From contig JBHGNT010000017.1 of NCBI GenBank assembly GCA_043228905.1, positions 930,001 to 994,000 on the forward strand: a stretch of DNA of 64,000 bases, in the 5' to 3' direction. Made by a program: the position numbers and the translations under genes. Shown here piece after piece: positions 1 through 13,350 of the stretch. The notes beneath the pieces are model-generated. The model did no database searches, was not told where the DNA came from, and worked only from the letters and a program-made list of their open reading frames with translations. Numbering within the stretch: the first letter of the stretch is position 1; each line of letters begins with the position of its first letter. This stretch comes from Azolla caroliniana. Lineage: Eukaryota; Plantae; Polypodiophyta.

Positions 1-1041
1 TTTCTACCATCACTATGAACCCCAACCAGAGATCCTGAACTTAAACTAAACACTTGGCACGGTGTCTCCCTTCTTTCTGAAGAGAAAATGCTGACTGCTC
101 CATTCTGAGCACTACCGTTTGTTTTCTCTGGCTTAGTTTTCCTCCTCCGACAATATGAAGACACCTGTTCACTGCACGATACATCTGGTAAAGATGAAGC
201 AGCGGAGAGAGGTGTAAATATAATGAAGTTTGTGTCTAGCAAGCTCGAATCAGAGACCAAATCTGCAGATTGTTGTTTCTTATGCTCCAGAGAAGGTGAT
301 GAAGAATTAGAGATTCTCAAACTTCTGCGAACGCCTTTGGGATAAGAAACAGGACTATTTGAAGTCCGAAGTTGCGCTATCTTCAACCTGCATTTGAGGT
401 TCAGTCGGTCAATTTTCACAGTTGAAGAGAGGAAAAAATTATTGAAAGAGGAGAGAAACAGATTTATCTTCCTCTAAGTTACATAGGAAATACACTGTTA
501 TCAAGGACGAAACAAGAAAACTGATCGTTTTTAAAAGAAAAATAAGCAGATGAAGAAATAAACCTTATCTTTTAAATGTAAGAAACTCACACGATTTCCC
601 ACACTGACGGTACAAATTATTTCGTGCAGATGTTCAAACATAGAGTTTTTTTGTAAAATCAAGACAGAACACATACACAGTTCAAATTAAGTTCTAGGAT
701 ACATCACAAAAATCTAATACCTATTTTAGCAGGAAACTCAAGAAAACGAACATGACATCAGCGAAGGAAAAAATAATTTTCGCAAACACACTCAAAATAC
801 TAATAACAAATAGAGCATAATCAGGTAACAAATATTTTCCTCAAACTGTAGAACAGAAAAACAAGAAATACGCCAAATTCGGTGTTAGAATATACTAAAC
901 GGCGAAAGCAAATCCTTCACTCGCAAACACGCACACATGGTTTTGAATGATGAATTTAAGAAGAAACGTCCTAAAACCTGTTTTGTTTGACAAATACAAA
1001 AAAACTAAAACGAATACAATGGGAGAGATAGCTTACTTCAT
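1..1041 (-). CDS. 5' part of an unidentified spliced host gene. Coding exon 1 = 1037-1041 (ATGAA); exon 2 = 387 to <1, running off the window. Ser-rich N-terminus MKLKIAQLRTSNSPVSYPKGVRRSLRIS...
   Basis: Minus strand: ATGAA|GTAAGC donor at 1036 and ...ATGCAG| acceptor at 388. The phases join (ATG AA+G TTG) into a stop-free frame of about 130 codons to the window edge. Upstream are (CT/GA)n tracts typical of plant 5'UTRs and promoters. No domain recognised. Confidence 0.7.
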
Positions 1042-1066
1042 TTGTAGAAAAATGCGATGAGCAGCG

Positions 1067-1069
<3 letters not shown>

Positions 1070-1101
<32 letters not shown>

Positions 1102-1660
1102 TACAGTATCTTCTTGATATTGTAGCTCTTCTGCTTCTCCTTGTTGGTTATAAGGTTAGGGTTTCTTCCTTTCTACCTCCAAAATCTAGGATTTCTTTTT
1201 CTTCAATGCAAATTTAGGGTTTCTTCTCATCTGCTGCTCCGCCTGTGGAAATTTAAGTTCACTTCTTCCTTCTTTGTATTTCGTCTTCTGTTCAAAGCTA
1301 GGGATTTGTCTGCTTCGTTTCCTTCTGTGAACAGTTGAGGTTTCTTCTTCTTCTTCTTCTTCCGTGCAGAACTGAACTGTGGATGGAGAGAGAGTGAGGA
1401 GTGGAGGGAAAACGAAATACGAAATTTTATCGAGAGCGAAAAAAGAAAAGAAAAAATTTGAGGAGTGAGAGAGAGAGAGAGAGAGAGGGAGGGATGAAAT
1501 TTGGCGAGAAATCGAGGGCGGCTAATTAAAAAGGAACGAAAGGAAGAACAAGTAGCCGGTCATATCTCTACTTACAGGTGCCGGTTAGCCGGTCGCCAAT
1601 CTCGACCGCCCGGCTTGCAGAAGAAGCTTCCCTATTTCTTCTTTTTTTGAATCTTTTTTG
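1070..1660 (-). promoter_or_regulatory. Probable 5'UTR/proximal promoter of the left-edge gene with (GA/TC)n tracts
   Basis: (GA)n at ~1070-1097 and ~1468-1487 and a GC-richer patch at 1555-1620, directly upstream of the ATG at 1041. Confidence 0.4.
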
Positions 1661-2229
1661 TTTTCCATTTTATTTTTTTATTTTTCATTGAACGTTATCT
1701 TTTTCTCCTTTCTCCTTTTCCCCTTTTTCGTTAATTTATATTTGTTTTTTAAAAGAGCGTCGGATTATTATTATTATTATTGCTAGTATTTTACGGAATA
1801 TTCAAATTTAGTGACCTTTGAAAATGCATGTGTATGTTCTTCTTTATAAAATAAAATAAAAAGAAAACCTTGTCCTTTTCACACTTGTCCGCCCAAAACA
1901 CACGCACACAAGTGCCTGACGATCCATCGAAGGTAGTAGTAGCAATAATCATCATCTCTGCTCGGAATGTTCACAGAAAACAAAAACCTCATCCCTCTTA
2001 TGATGAATCATGATGGGAAAAGAAGAAGAAAAAGAAAAATCAAAGCTTCATGTTCACTATTTTTTACAATCCCCACGTGCCTCCATCTCAACCGAACTTC
2101 CAAGAATCTATACATCTACACACACACATGCACATGTGTGTGTCTATGATTAAGCTTTTTAACAAATACCCGGAAACTTATTCTCAAGACCCGATCCATA
2201 CCCCCCCCCCCCCAAATTTAGGGATCACA

Positions 2230-3300
2230 CTCGGCTTTTCGTAAATACATAACATGCATGCTTCGTTTCTATGGTCTCGACACTTAGCAAAATCATCCGA
2301 TTTTCGTGCTTCTCCTTCCCTTGCTTCACATTGTATGATGCTCTCTTTGGATGGGTTGAGCATGGTTGTATTTCTCGATGAGAATACTTGGAGCACCCTT
2401 TCCCCATTGGCCAAAAGGAATATGATACTTTTCTTTCCAATAGTTCCTGTCATCTCGAGGAGTGGTCGCAACCTCCTTAGGAAAAGCTTGTGAGTCGAGA
2501 GAGTTCATCTTAAGTATTTAGTTTCCCAAGTGGAAGTGACGAAAGTCGGGAAAGCTCACCTTTGGTAGCTCACAAGTTGTCATTTATTTTATAAGTTGAT
2601 AGTTGCACGTTCACACTAAAAGATCAATGGTAGATATGATTAGGTCACTAGCTTCTCGTAAGGTTTAATTCTTATTTTTTGTGCAAAGTATAAAGTTGAT
2701 GATTGCACAAGTATTTAATAGAGTTTGTAAATTCCATATACACATATTAAACATGCAAATTCAGCGTAATTAGATGGGACACCTATTTGAGTGCTAAACT
2801 CGCTTTTATAACGCGCACATCCATCTTGGAAGGAGGCTCACAATTTTCTCCAACTTGACTTAAAAAATATACATGACAAACTTTGGAAAGCCCCTATAAG
2901 TCCAATGGGTATTAATAACTTTGAGTAATTTGGGTTTTGATTGGTTGTTTATGCATGGGAGAACTATAATTGTTGATAGTTATTCCTTGTTGTGTGTGTG
3001 AGATGTCTAGATATCAATTGCTCTTCTCCTTCATGACCATAAACAACCAATTAAATGTAAAGGTGACGTTTCATCCACCTTAAGAGTGTTTTCTAAAGGA
3101 GATTTTGTGACAATCTATTGTGGTAAATGAAACTTCAATCTTCCTTCGCCATATTTCTTTCCAATTTGAAGACTTATAATTCAGCATGCACTATCTTATG
3201 ACCTTCCATCAATCTAGTGTCAAATTTGGCCTTATATGGAAGGCATTGTATGTTTATGAAATTTGAATGAATGTATGATCATTCTACACATGCTCCAAAC
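2230..3300 (-). mobile_element. Degenerate LTR-retrotransposon (probably Ty3/gypsy) remnant
   Basis: Broken minus-strand frames (NYWKEKYHIPFGQWGKG, CEARE...KSDDFAKCRD) with a retroelement-like character. No termini found. Confidence 0.3.
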
Positions 3301-3875
3301 CATAACTAGCAAACTTGGATTAGTGTTAAACGAATAATGTTTCTTATAGTTTTAGTGCCTTCCTTTATTGGTCCATTCATTTTGTAATTTGGCTCACTTT
3401 CTTGCAAGATACAATGTTTGTTCCTGGAATATATCAAACTACCAAACTACTTTGTTTGGGATATTTTATTTGTTCCTTGATCTATGGCCCATATGTGTCA
3501 AGTTTACACGCACTAATTAGTATGAATGCCTTCCATCTTGTTATGTTGCTCATCGTATCTTATATCTTGTTGCAATTTGCTATCAACTTCTCCTTTTAAA
3601 ATCGGGTTGTTGCCAATCATAAAGTGGCATCTTTTAAGAACCATTCACATCAAATGTGCATGGTTATTGTGATATTTGAGAAGAGTTTAAAAGCATTGGT
3701 AAATTATTTGGCCTTTAGGTATGAGAAAATATGCATGGATGGGAAACTAGTCACGACAAATGACATAGCCATAGAAATCACCTTAAGGTAACTTGATGTC
3801 TTGTACCAAATATTTATTGTGCATGTTTCCCTAAATGTCTTACTAAAAAATGTCTTACCAAATATTTATTGTGAT

Positions 3876-6235
3876 CTGTACGACAAGGATGCCCATTGGC
3901 TCCATCCTTATTTCTATTATACGTCGAAGCACTCTCTAGCTTTCTCAACTCGCGCCAACTAAACCTACGTGGTCTTCGTGTGCCGCATTCTCACTAAAAC
4001 CTCCTGGATATAGAATTTGCAGATGACACCGCAATCTACCTACAAGGCAACTTGAAAAATCTACAAAAGCTAGAAAGTGGTTTAGACGTATTTTGCAAGA
4101 GATTCAATGCCATGATCAATTGGCACAAATCCTGCGCAATATGGCTTTCTCATGAAGCACATATTGTGTGACACCCCCATCCCGCTTTCAAGTAGATCAA
4201 TCAAGGAGTGAGCACCAAATATTTGGGTTTCCAAATTGGGTTCAACATTCCTCCGGAGACTATGATTGCACCAATTATTCACTCCATTCGACACAAGTCA
4301 ATACATTGGAGTTCGAAAAAACTCTCATTAGCGGGGCGCATCATAGGGGCAAATCAGGTATTACTTGCAACAACATGGTACAACATATCATGTTGGACAA
4401 TCTACAAGGGAAGTATACACCTGATTCAACGATTGGTACGCAACTACATTTGGTCTGGTAAGGAAGATCATGCAACTTGGGCCAAGGTGGCGTGGCCTAT
4501 ACTCACATCACCTAAGTCGAGACGAGGATTGGGTCTTATTGATCCCCTCTCACAATCAAAAGCCCTACTCGCCAAATTTGTGGTGTGAGGACTCCAACCA
4601 GGGAATGATTGTTGGAAAATGTTGTTGCGGTTACATTTCGCTTACTTTAAGCCAAAAAAGGGGCCAATTGGGACCCCCAAACTAGATGGATTCTAAATAT
4701 GGAGCTCAAACCTAGTTTCTCCCACCAATTGGATTATAGATTCAGTGCATCCATGTGGAAGGCATGGTGTGACGTTAGACGAGGGCTCAAGTGCGATCAA
4801 CCTAACGTTGAACCTGCTTGGCTCAGTCAACATATCCTATGGAACCCATGTATCATAGATGAATCTAATCCACTAATTGTATCAAGTAAGGGCTTGTCAT
4901 GGGGATACATTGCGGAAGGTCTAGGAAAAAGTATAGAATGTTGGAGACGGTTTATGTCCTTGCCAATACAAGACCAAGCCAACTTACTCCATGGAATCAG
5001 GGGCGGATGGGCTATGAGATCTGAAATCATTAACGCTTTACTGATTAGAGAAGTTGCTAATCAAAGGATGACAATAGAGAAATGGATAGGCTACGAGGTA
5101 GCCTATCCATTTCTCTTTGATCCCAAGAGGTAGGTAATCACCAGACAGGATTGCAAACTCTGAATTGCAAGACAATGAGACACCATAGAATAAGGCAATT
5201 CGAGTACTAGCGTATACTAGGCATAAATGGATTGTAGATCCTGATCCTATCAAAATACAACCAGATTGGCACATATGTACTCACGAAAACACATGGCTAC
5301 ATAAGGTTAGTTGGGACCCTTTGCAATGGACATGGCATCATCCTTACGCGGGGCAAGGAAGCAAACCCATCCCTTTCTTTCAATTCACAACTAGATTGGG
5401 TCGCCATATTCTAGCTGCTCAAACCGCCCGAGAGTTGGCTGCTACAAAGGTCTGGCACAAATATCATGTTCCTCACACAATTATCACCAAGTTTGGAAAA
5501 AAATCTGGAAACAACAACACGCATGGCGAATCACCACTTTCCAATGGCTATTAATACATAGCTCACTACCGGTTGGTGCATGGCAACATGGGAACCTTAG
5601 CTCTCCTAATTGTGTAGCGTGCCCAAATGCAATAGAATCAATCTGACACGCTTTGTGGGACTGCCCAGAGTGCCATCGAATATGACATGAGGTTGGCCGC
5701 TTATTACAATTATGCCCGATGCAAGGCTTAATCAAGTGGGGAAATATATGTTAGCTATCATGGCAGGCCCCAATTGACTGATACGAGCATCATGAGGAGG
5801 GGATGGCTTTGGTGATAAAAACATAAGAGGTTTTTTTCTCCACCATCGACAATGTCCACTCAACTCCTATCAATGCCAAATCTCAAGTTGTGTCGAGTTG
5901 GTCAACCCAATAACTCTTTGGACTCTATGGAAACAACGATGTAGACGGGTCTTCTCCAACGAAACCGCGCGGCCAATAGTGTTAATGCAAGAGATATGGA
6001 GTGAAGTTGTAGCCACTCTAAAAAGCCAATATGATGGCCTCAAGTGCGACTCCGATGGAGTTGAAAGACAACGACTAGACTTCATCCAACAATGGTCGAC
6101 CTCCCCCTTTATTGAGTTGGTGGGCATCCACATAAGATGGACCTATCGCGTCCCTACAAGGATTTGTATATATTAATCTCATATGTAAAATTTTATAACT
6201 AATGGAAGGAGTTTTTTTGGGGGAAAAAAAAAACA
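3876..6235 (+). mobile_element. 5'-truncated, degenerate L1-type LINE (RT C-terminal half, zf-RVT, A-rich tail)
   Basis: VRQGCPLAPSLFLL at ~3878, EFADDT at ~4014, KYLGFQIG, KVAWPILTSPKSRRGLGLID, CVACPNAIES..HALWDCP zinc finger at ~5610-5670, WTLWKQRCRRVF, A-run at 6224-6238. Multiple stops and frameshifts. Confidence 0.9.
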
Positions 6236-8656
6236 AAATTATATACCTAATGCCATGTATAAGAAAATCTTCCATGGATGCGATACTGTTCAATTAACTA
6301 TGCATTTAGGAAATTATGCCTCAAAGGTTGTGAAAATTTGAATATAGGCAATATAAATTATTGATGAAAGTAAAAAGGTTTACAAAGTACTATATGCCAC
6401 CGAGTTGATTAATATTGGATTCTTCAAGCTTGCATATGTCACTTAATAATATTCATGTGGTCAAGTCGTGTATCAAGGAAATAAATAATCATTGTCTCCA
6501 TTATTACATACATGCATTGCCTCAAATCAGCATCGTAATTTTGATAGCATCAACATAACATGCACAAATATATTATGTATTCATTTGGAATTCAGGGAAG
6601 GCTAGGTTGAGGTAATGTTGTTATGTATTACTTCTCGGAACACGAGATAAAATAGTTTAGTGAAAACATCACGAATTCAACTTGGTACGTAAGTGAAGAC
6701 ATTGTAATATATTATGTGAGATTTAAAACTAATTTGATGCAGATCTTCAATGAGTGCACGAAGAATGAAACAAAATCTTCGTAAATCTTGTTTGTTTTAG
6801 TTTCACTCTATGACACACACACACACACACATAGAAATGTGTTTGTCATCCCTTGGTGTTCTACCTTGATGCTTAAGATAAGGAACTTTAAATCATGAGG
6901 TCATGATTTCAATAACCGATATGGGAGGCCTAATATTCTAGTGTGCACAAATAAATGAACATGCACAATGTTGCCTCCCAAGCATTGAGACGAGGCCAAA
7001 CGGCCAACCACACCATTAACATCCATGCCATACCCTCGAGTGGTAGAGGTTGTACTGAAAAATGTTACATTGAGAATGAAGATTGCAATTTTGCTTATAA
7101 AACAAATATGTGATAACATCAAAGTCAACAATAGTTCATGTTGCATGATCATCATAGAGTTCAACTACCATGGGTTGTGTAGGGTGTTAGCAACACATAA
7201 TTGGTGGAATCCACTTGTTGCATGAAATGTGTGTTTTGTATTTGTGTTTTTAAAAGCAACTATGTTTGCCAAATACGAATTAACACTAGCGCAAATGCAT
7301 ACATTGGTATTCTTTGCTAAACACACAAAGAAATATGTAGTTTTAATGCAAATTGGCATGTTGATGTCTTTTTACACAATTCAATGTCATTCTATAGTTG
7401 AGACTATGCATCACCTTGGATTTGGAAACATCATTATTTCCTATGTTGGCAATGAGTTTTGTCAATATGGAATTAACAAACGCATAGTTCTTAGGTAAGT
7501 CAATCCATCAAAGTTGTCTTCTAAAATTTGTTCTCTTTAACATTGTTTCACATCTTCAATTCATTTATATGAAACATTTCATAGAAAGTGGTGTATTTGT
7601 CAACTTCTAGAGGGAAAACTTTTATTGGTGAAACATATATGTACATACATATAAATGTTTCTATTTTTTATTTTATTATTATTACTATTATTTTTTCAAA
7701 AAAGGGTCTACTTTGCCATTAGTTAGGAGAGTTTTTTTTTACATAAAAGGCTATACAACTGCTCAACTCACAACAAATGTATTGGTCGTGTTGTACGTCC
7801 CCTCATCGCCGGGGGATCGGTTCATGCCAGCCAACGATGGAGGTCACTATTTTTATAGCTCTATGTACCTACAATATGATATACGAGGTGAGTATAGGTA
7901 CTCTATAGATGTTTCTATTGTTTTAGCTACAAACAATACATATTACTCACAACAAAACATACAAGTGCTAAATTTGTTTGATTTAGTGGCTATGAGATTA
8001 AGGATAAATTTCAAAATGTTAAAACTTCTTCCTTTACATCACATTCTATGTCTATTCGTAGAGACATGTAGTGTAAGCCACTATGTTGGCCTTACATATT
8101 GGCTATCTTTCAACATGGCATACCTTGGCTAAAGCATGAGTTTAACATTTAGCAAAAAACGTAAATGAAAATTTACAAGATTACATGCTATCCACTCGAC
8201 CACTTATTGTTATAGTGAGAAACATGTTAACAACATTTATTGATTAGTTTCAACTCTTGATGACACTCTTTGCTTGGCCTAGCTAAAACATTGATAAGCT
8301 GATGTTAAAAACATCCAATTGTTTTGGAAGGTGAGATGTCATGTGAACAAATGTTGTGTGGCAAGTACGAAATGTAATGCCCTCAAAGTATGTAAAGGAC
8401 ATGTATGTTAAATTACATGAACACACGGTTGCCAAGAAATTGCATTGCTACTTGACTTTGATGAACAAAAGTATTCATGGACATGCATGCTTGTAGCCTT
8501 TTTGTGTAGCCATGTTCGTCTTGTTAAATGGATTATTGTGTAACAAGAAGTCAGCCTTGGTCATATTGAAGGTTTTGTGTAAAGTGTCCCTTTTTACTTG
8601 TTTAAGAGGTACTTGGAAGAAAGTGCGACACCACCTTAGGCAAAGATGGTGCAAAA

Positions 8657-9260
8657 TAACAATCGGTAACGGTTCGGTTCGGTTTGAGAGGGTCCAAACC
8701 GAACCGTTTAGAGATGTTGAAACCTAAACTGATCCATTAAAAATTTCCAAACCGTTAAGCCATTAAACCACAGTTTCGTGGTTTGGTTTCGGTTTTTAGC
8801 GTAGGCCGAATTTTAAATTTTTTTAAAATTTAAAATTCTCCCAAAATGTGAGAATAAGGCATGAAAATGAAAAGGTTATTTAAAAACAATTTTTAATTTG
8901 TTTTTGAATTAAAAAAGAAAAACGGTTAAATCGTTTAAACCATAGTATGAACCATATGTACCATACGTGCATTCGCAATCGCGAATGATTTAATCATTCG
9001 CGAAAGAAAAACACCCTCAAAGAATGATAAATATCATACTTTTGGATTAACTATTTATTATGAGGTAGATAAGCCTAAAAATGAAAAAAAAAAGACATTA
9101 AAAAAATGGGAAAAAAACAAAAAAAAAAAACACAAGAATGTTTGGATAACATTCACATTCGTTTTCCAACGTAGGAAAACGAATGTTATACTAGACGAAC
9201 ACGAATTTTACGTACTATGGTTTAAACCGCACTTTTTTACTGTTTAAACCGTTAAGCTGC
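8657..9260 (+). mobile_element. Degenerate left arm of an AAACCG-rich non-autonomous hAT-like element (same family as 22280-22891)
   Basis: TAACAATCGGTAACGGTTCGGTTCGGTTT resembles the TIR end TAGCAATGGGCACGGTTCGGTTTGGTTT of the intact MITE. Subterminal AAACCG/AACCG motifs. Confidence 0.65.
8940..9220. mobile_element. Small MITE nested in the AAACCG-rich element
   Basis: TIR CCATAGTATG...CGTACTATGG flanked on both sides by TTTAAA. Removing it restores the host motif GTTTAAACCG. Confidence 0.65.
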
Positions 9261-9599
9261 GGGACTCTATGTGAATAGAAAGCATACATTAGAGAGAATA
9301 TATTTCCAAAATCCCTAGTGGTTTGCCCTCCATGAAAAGCTAACTACACGTGCACCAACAAAGTATATGCAACATTCAGGATTTCACACGCTAATGGAAA
9401 TATGTCGGACCTTTTTTTATGACAAAGAAGAAATATATTGGGCAAGCACCATAAACATATTTGGTGAGCTATATTCCTTAAAGTCCTAAAGACAATCACG
9501 TCCTTCTACCATAACCAAATGAATAACAATCCATTCGAGATTGATAAATACTTGGATGGCCTTTCTTGTTGATATCAACTAGCAAAATCTTTGGTGGTC

Positions 9600-10720
9600 T
9601 ACAACTATAATCACACACTATAATTGGAAAATGTAAAAATATTTGGTTTTGCATAAATCAAAGTTAAAATATTTTTGGAAAAGTTTATTTTCACACAAGG
9701 AAAATGTTTTCTTGTCAAATTTTTTGCTTTGAACTCATGACATCTCATTTGCAACGTGTATGGATGTGGATGCATTGATTGAAGTACGCTATATTTGATG
9801 TGGAATTGGCTGCCTTTAGTTTATGCCATATGGAATATGTGAGACTTCTAGGTTCTTCAGACTTGTATTATAACTAGTTCTACATTTTTACCCCCCTTTG
9901 AGATTTTCCTTGTAATGTGATTTATTACAAAAAACAATCTTTATCGCATCAAAAGCATTACATTCAAAATGTTCATTCACACTAAATGGAGGAAAGAACA
10001 TTTGTTCTTCTATTTTTTTGTCCAACTCCCACCATTGTGTGTTTCTAACTTTCTAAGCACAACCAAAGCAAAAAAACTCGCGTCTACTACACTCTCGTTG
10101 ATTTTGATTGTTGATTATATTGAGGAGAGAAATAAATTTGAAAGGATAAAGAGAGACAAGGGAGAGTATGTGCTTCTATGTGAGTATGTGCAAGTGTTAT
10201 GAACCATGGGAGAGTAAGACTAATTCTACTAAGAAGGTAGTATATGACATCTTTTTTACAAACATCATCACATAACATGTGACTCATAAATTCACGAGCT
10301 TTATCCAATGCTTAAACTTTCTTACATCTGTGTTGCTTCATATCCCAAATACTGCAGCTAAATATATCCTTAACCTCACTTTATAATTTGTATTTTGTAG
10401 TGTAATTTGTTTTGTTCATAGCAAAGGAAGTTTGACACGTAGTAGTGGAGTAATCATATTTGCCTTGGGTATAATTTACATAAGTATGAAAGTATGCAAA
10501 TTTGGAAATTTGTAGAAGGCAAGGACATGAGGCCGCCAAATTTTGCTTCATTAAATTTCCAAGCTGCCCTATCATTAAACGCGCAAAAGTTTCCTTACAA
10601 TATTCCCAATTCCCAAGTTTGTCATTGGATGAAACATACTACACAAAAACAATTAATGTGAACACAATAAATAGAAACTCACTTTCGAAATAAATGTATA
10701 TTCACTTCAAACTATGATAG
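9600..10720 (-). mobile_element. Degenerate Ty1/copia 3' remnant (RNase H end, PPT, start of LTR)
   Basis: Minus-strand ...ALDKAREF resembles the ADxxTKAL end of copia RNase H. Polypurine AAAGGGGGG at ~9891-9899 is followed by TGTAGAA at ~9884. The left boundary is approximate. Confidence 0.45.
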
Positions 10721-11679
10721 GAACAAGAAATTGGGCTTAAGTCCAAAATAAAAAAAATGGACAATTTGTTCATGACAACGTACAATTTTTAGAAAACTTC
10801 CTTGTAAATTTAGGATTTGCAAAGATTGACCACAAGAAAGAAAAAGGCCTTTATGAAGTAAATGCACGAAGTGCTAATTTCTTTGTCTCCTCGACCATAT
10901 CAATCACTTATATTGGTTTGAGCAAATCAAGATACTTTTTTTATTTAAGTAAACATATCGCCTCAAATAAAGAACAGTATAATGTATATGATGGGGCTTA
11001 ATGTCCACGTATTCATCCAAGTTCTTCAAACTTTAACAATAACATGGTTTTATTTTGTGTGTAAGTTTAATACTTGTTCCTAATCAAGGAAGACATGAGT
11101 GTCAAATATTCATTGCTTGACAAATTGTTTATATGAAGTAAACCAATTACATACTATGTGTGTATATACACACCTATGTGATTTTCTTGGATGTTTTTAG
11201 GTTATTGAGTATAGGAGTCCTGCAGGTTTCTTATATCTTATCCATTTTGCTACAAGCATTTATAATTTATTCTTCTTGTCATCATATTGTGCATCCATGC
11301 CACCGTGCACACATTGACCATGTGATGTCACATGTGTGCTTGGTTATTTTGAAGGATCTATTATGGCGTGGCACTTGAATGCTAGGCTAAGCAATTGTTG
11401 AAAGAAGATGTTTACAAAATATGAATGAGGAATGCATAATTGGTCAAGATGAGAGTTCTAAGTGATTGGAAAACATATACTTGAGCACAATATCCTAAAA
11501 GCACTAAAGACGTCTCATCCACAAAAGCCTGCTCCAATAAAAAAAGGGTATTTGCGTAGTTCAAGATTCCCTTTAATGAAAATATAACAACTTTTCCAAA
11601 TTTATGAAAAAGTTATGGCTTAACATGCACAATTGACCTATGTCGTAGGATTTGGCAACAATTCGCTTTCATCTTAACC

Positions 11680-11950
11680 AGTTTGGCCTTGTCCAAACCA
11701 AACCGATTTGGGACTTTTCAAACTTGAACCGAACTGATCCCTAAACCAGTTAAGGCTTAAGTGGTTTGGACAAACCGTTTAAGCCTTTACCGTTTTGGGA
11801 ATTGGTTTTGCCAAAATTGGTTTGGTTTGGTGTATCTCAAACAGATGAAGGAAGCTCAAGCCTAAATTGAGTTGACCTAAACTTAACTGCCAACATGCCA
11901 AACTGTTTAAAAACGATTTAACGGCTCAGTTCAGGCTCGAGTCGAGCCAT
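11680..11950 (+). mobile_element. Degenerate right arm of an AAACCG-rich hAT-like element
   Basis: AAACCAAACCG/AACCG motifs. The end TTAACGGCTCAGTTCAGGCTCGAG resembles the MITE end TTAACGGTTCGGTTCAGCTTGAG. Confidence 0.55.
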
Positions 11951-11953
11951 ATT

Positions 11954-12970
11954 CGTGAAAACACACGTGTGTGTGCTACTCAAGCGGGACCACGGGGGTC
12001 TTAGACTAGGGAGGTCACAAGGGTTGAGAAGGTGTGGATGATAGGTCCTAGACTTGAAGGATCCTCAAGCTCGAAGGGAGTGCATACTTGAACAAAACGC
12101 AAACTCAAAGGGAGGCAATACTCGAAGGCTGTTGAGATGTAAAGGTTGTAAGACATGAAGGAGAGTGATGAATCAAGTGATGATTAAAACGCAATTAGGA
12201 TTGAAACCCATGATTAAGACAAAAATGTTGACAAAAATATACAAGGGATCTCTTTACAAATTTAGGTTTACAATGCTTAGAGATAGGTTACCATGATTTT
12301 AGTGGTTTTTTACAAAATGTTCATACGATTTGAGCACAACACGAAAAGGAAATGAACTAAAGGGGAACTATGGAGTTTCTGGTGAAGGTGAGTATTTCAG
12401 TGACTTGCCAAGACCACGACTACTATCGTTGGCTACGACGCATGGATGATGGTGTAGTGTTCAAGTATCACTTTGTCCTCCCTTCAACGACTGGAGTACG
12501 AGGTATCCTAACCATTCTCTCAAAATTGTCAAACGTGTAGTGTTCTCCGTTGTGGAGAAAGAAGACCGAACTTCCGAAGTAGATGTAAGTAGGTAAATAG
12601 TTCAAAAGTCGAAATCAGATAAATATCAATAAGAAACCCTATTACCTCAAGTAGGTTGAGGAGAAGAAGAAAAAAGAAAGAAACCTCTAAATGGTACACC
12701 CCCAAACCAAAAATGGCCCCCCTGAACTAAGTCCTCTTCTCCTCTATAAAAAGAGGCACCTAATTTCGGCATTAAATACACCTATTCCCTTTTCTTTCCC
12801 TAATCCATGCATTAGAGTCAAATATTTGAACTTTACACCCTTTTCCTTTTCAGCCTAGCGAATAGTTCTAACCACTAGGCAATTCACTCTTATTTATATT
12901 AATGTATATATTTATATGACTGTTTGTGGGCCTTCCCTTTTTCCCCTTCTCTACCTTTGGCCACACCACA
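11954..12970 (-). mobile_element. Probable solo LTR (~1 kb)
   Basis: The minus strand begins TGTGGTGTGG and ends TTTTCACG, like the TGTGGTGTG...TTTCACA termini of the LTRs at 52784 and 53830. No clean TSD. Confidence 0.45.
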
Positions 12971-13296
12971 ACATGACACCATTGTCGGATTCCTACTATC
13001 TAGTAAGCTATTTTAAGGAACAATGTATAAGAATCTTCAAAGAACTTGCCAACTAAGATGATGGTGTGTGCCCAAGCCATTGTTTAATACATTTTCATGA
13101 GAAGCAAGAGATATATTGAATGATGGCGCATATCGCATGTTGCAAGAAGAAATAGGGTTTTAGAGGATAATACATTCCTAACCTATTATGTAAATATCAC
13201 ATTCTAGTGTGCCAAGCCTTCTGTAAAGAATGAGAGGCGTATATGGTGCTATGCAACGGAAGTGAGCTTTGTGTGAGTGTGTGTGCATGTGATGCA

Positions 13297-13300
<4 letters not shown>

Positions 13301-13348
<48 letters not shown>
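13301..13348. repeat. (GA)n microsatellite
   Basis: Uninterrupted run of about 24 AG units. Confidence 0.95.
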
Positions 13349-13350
<2 letters not shown>

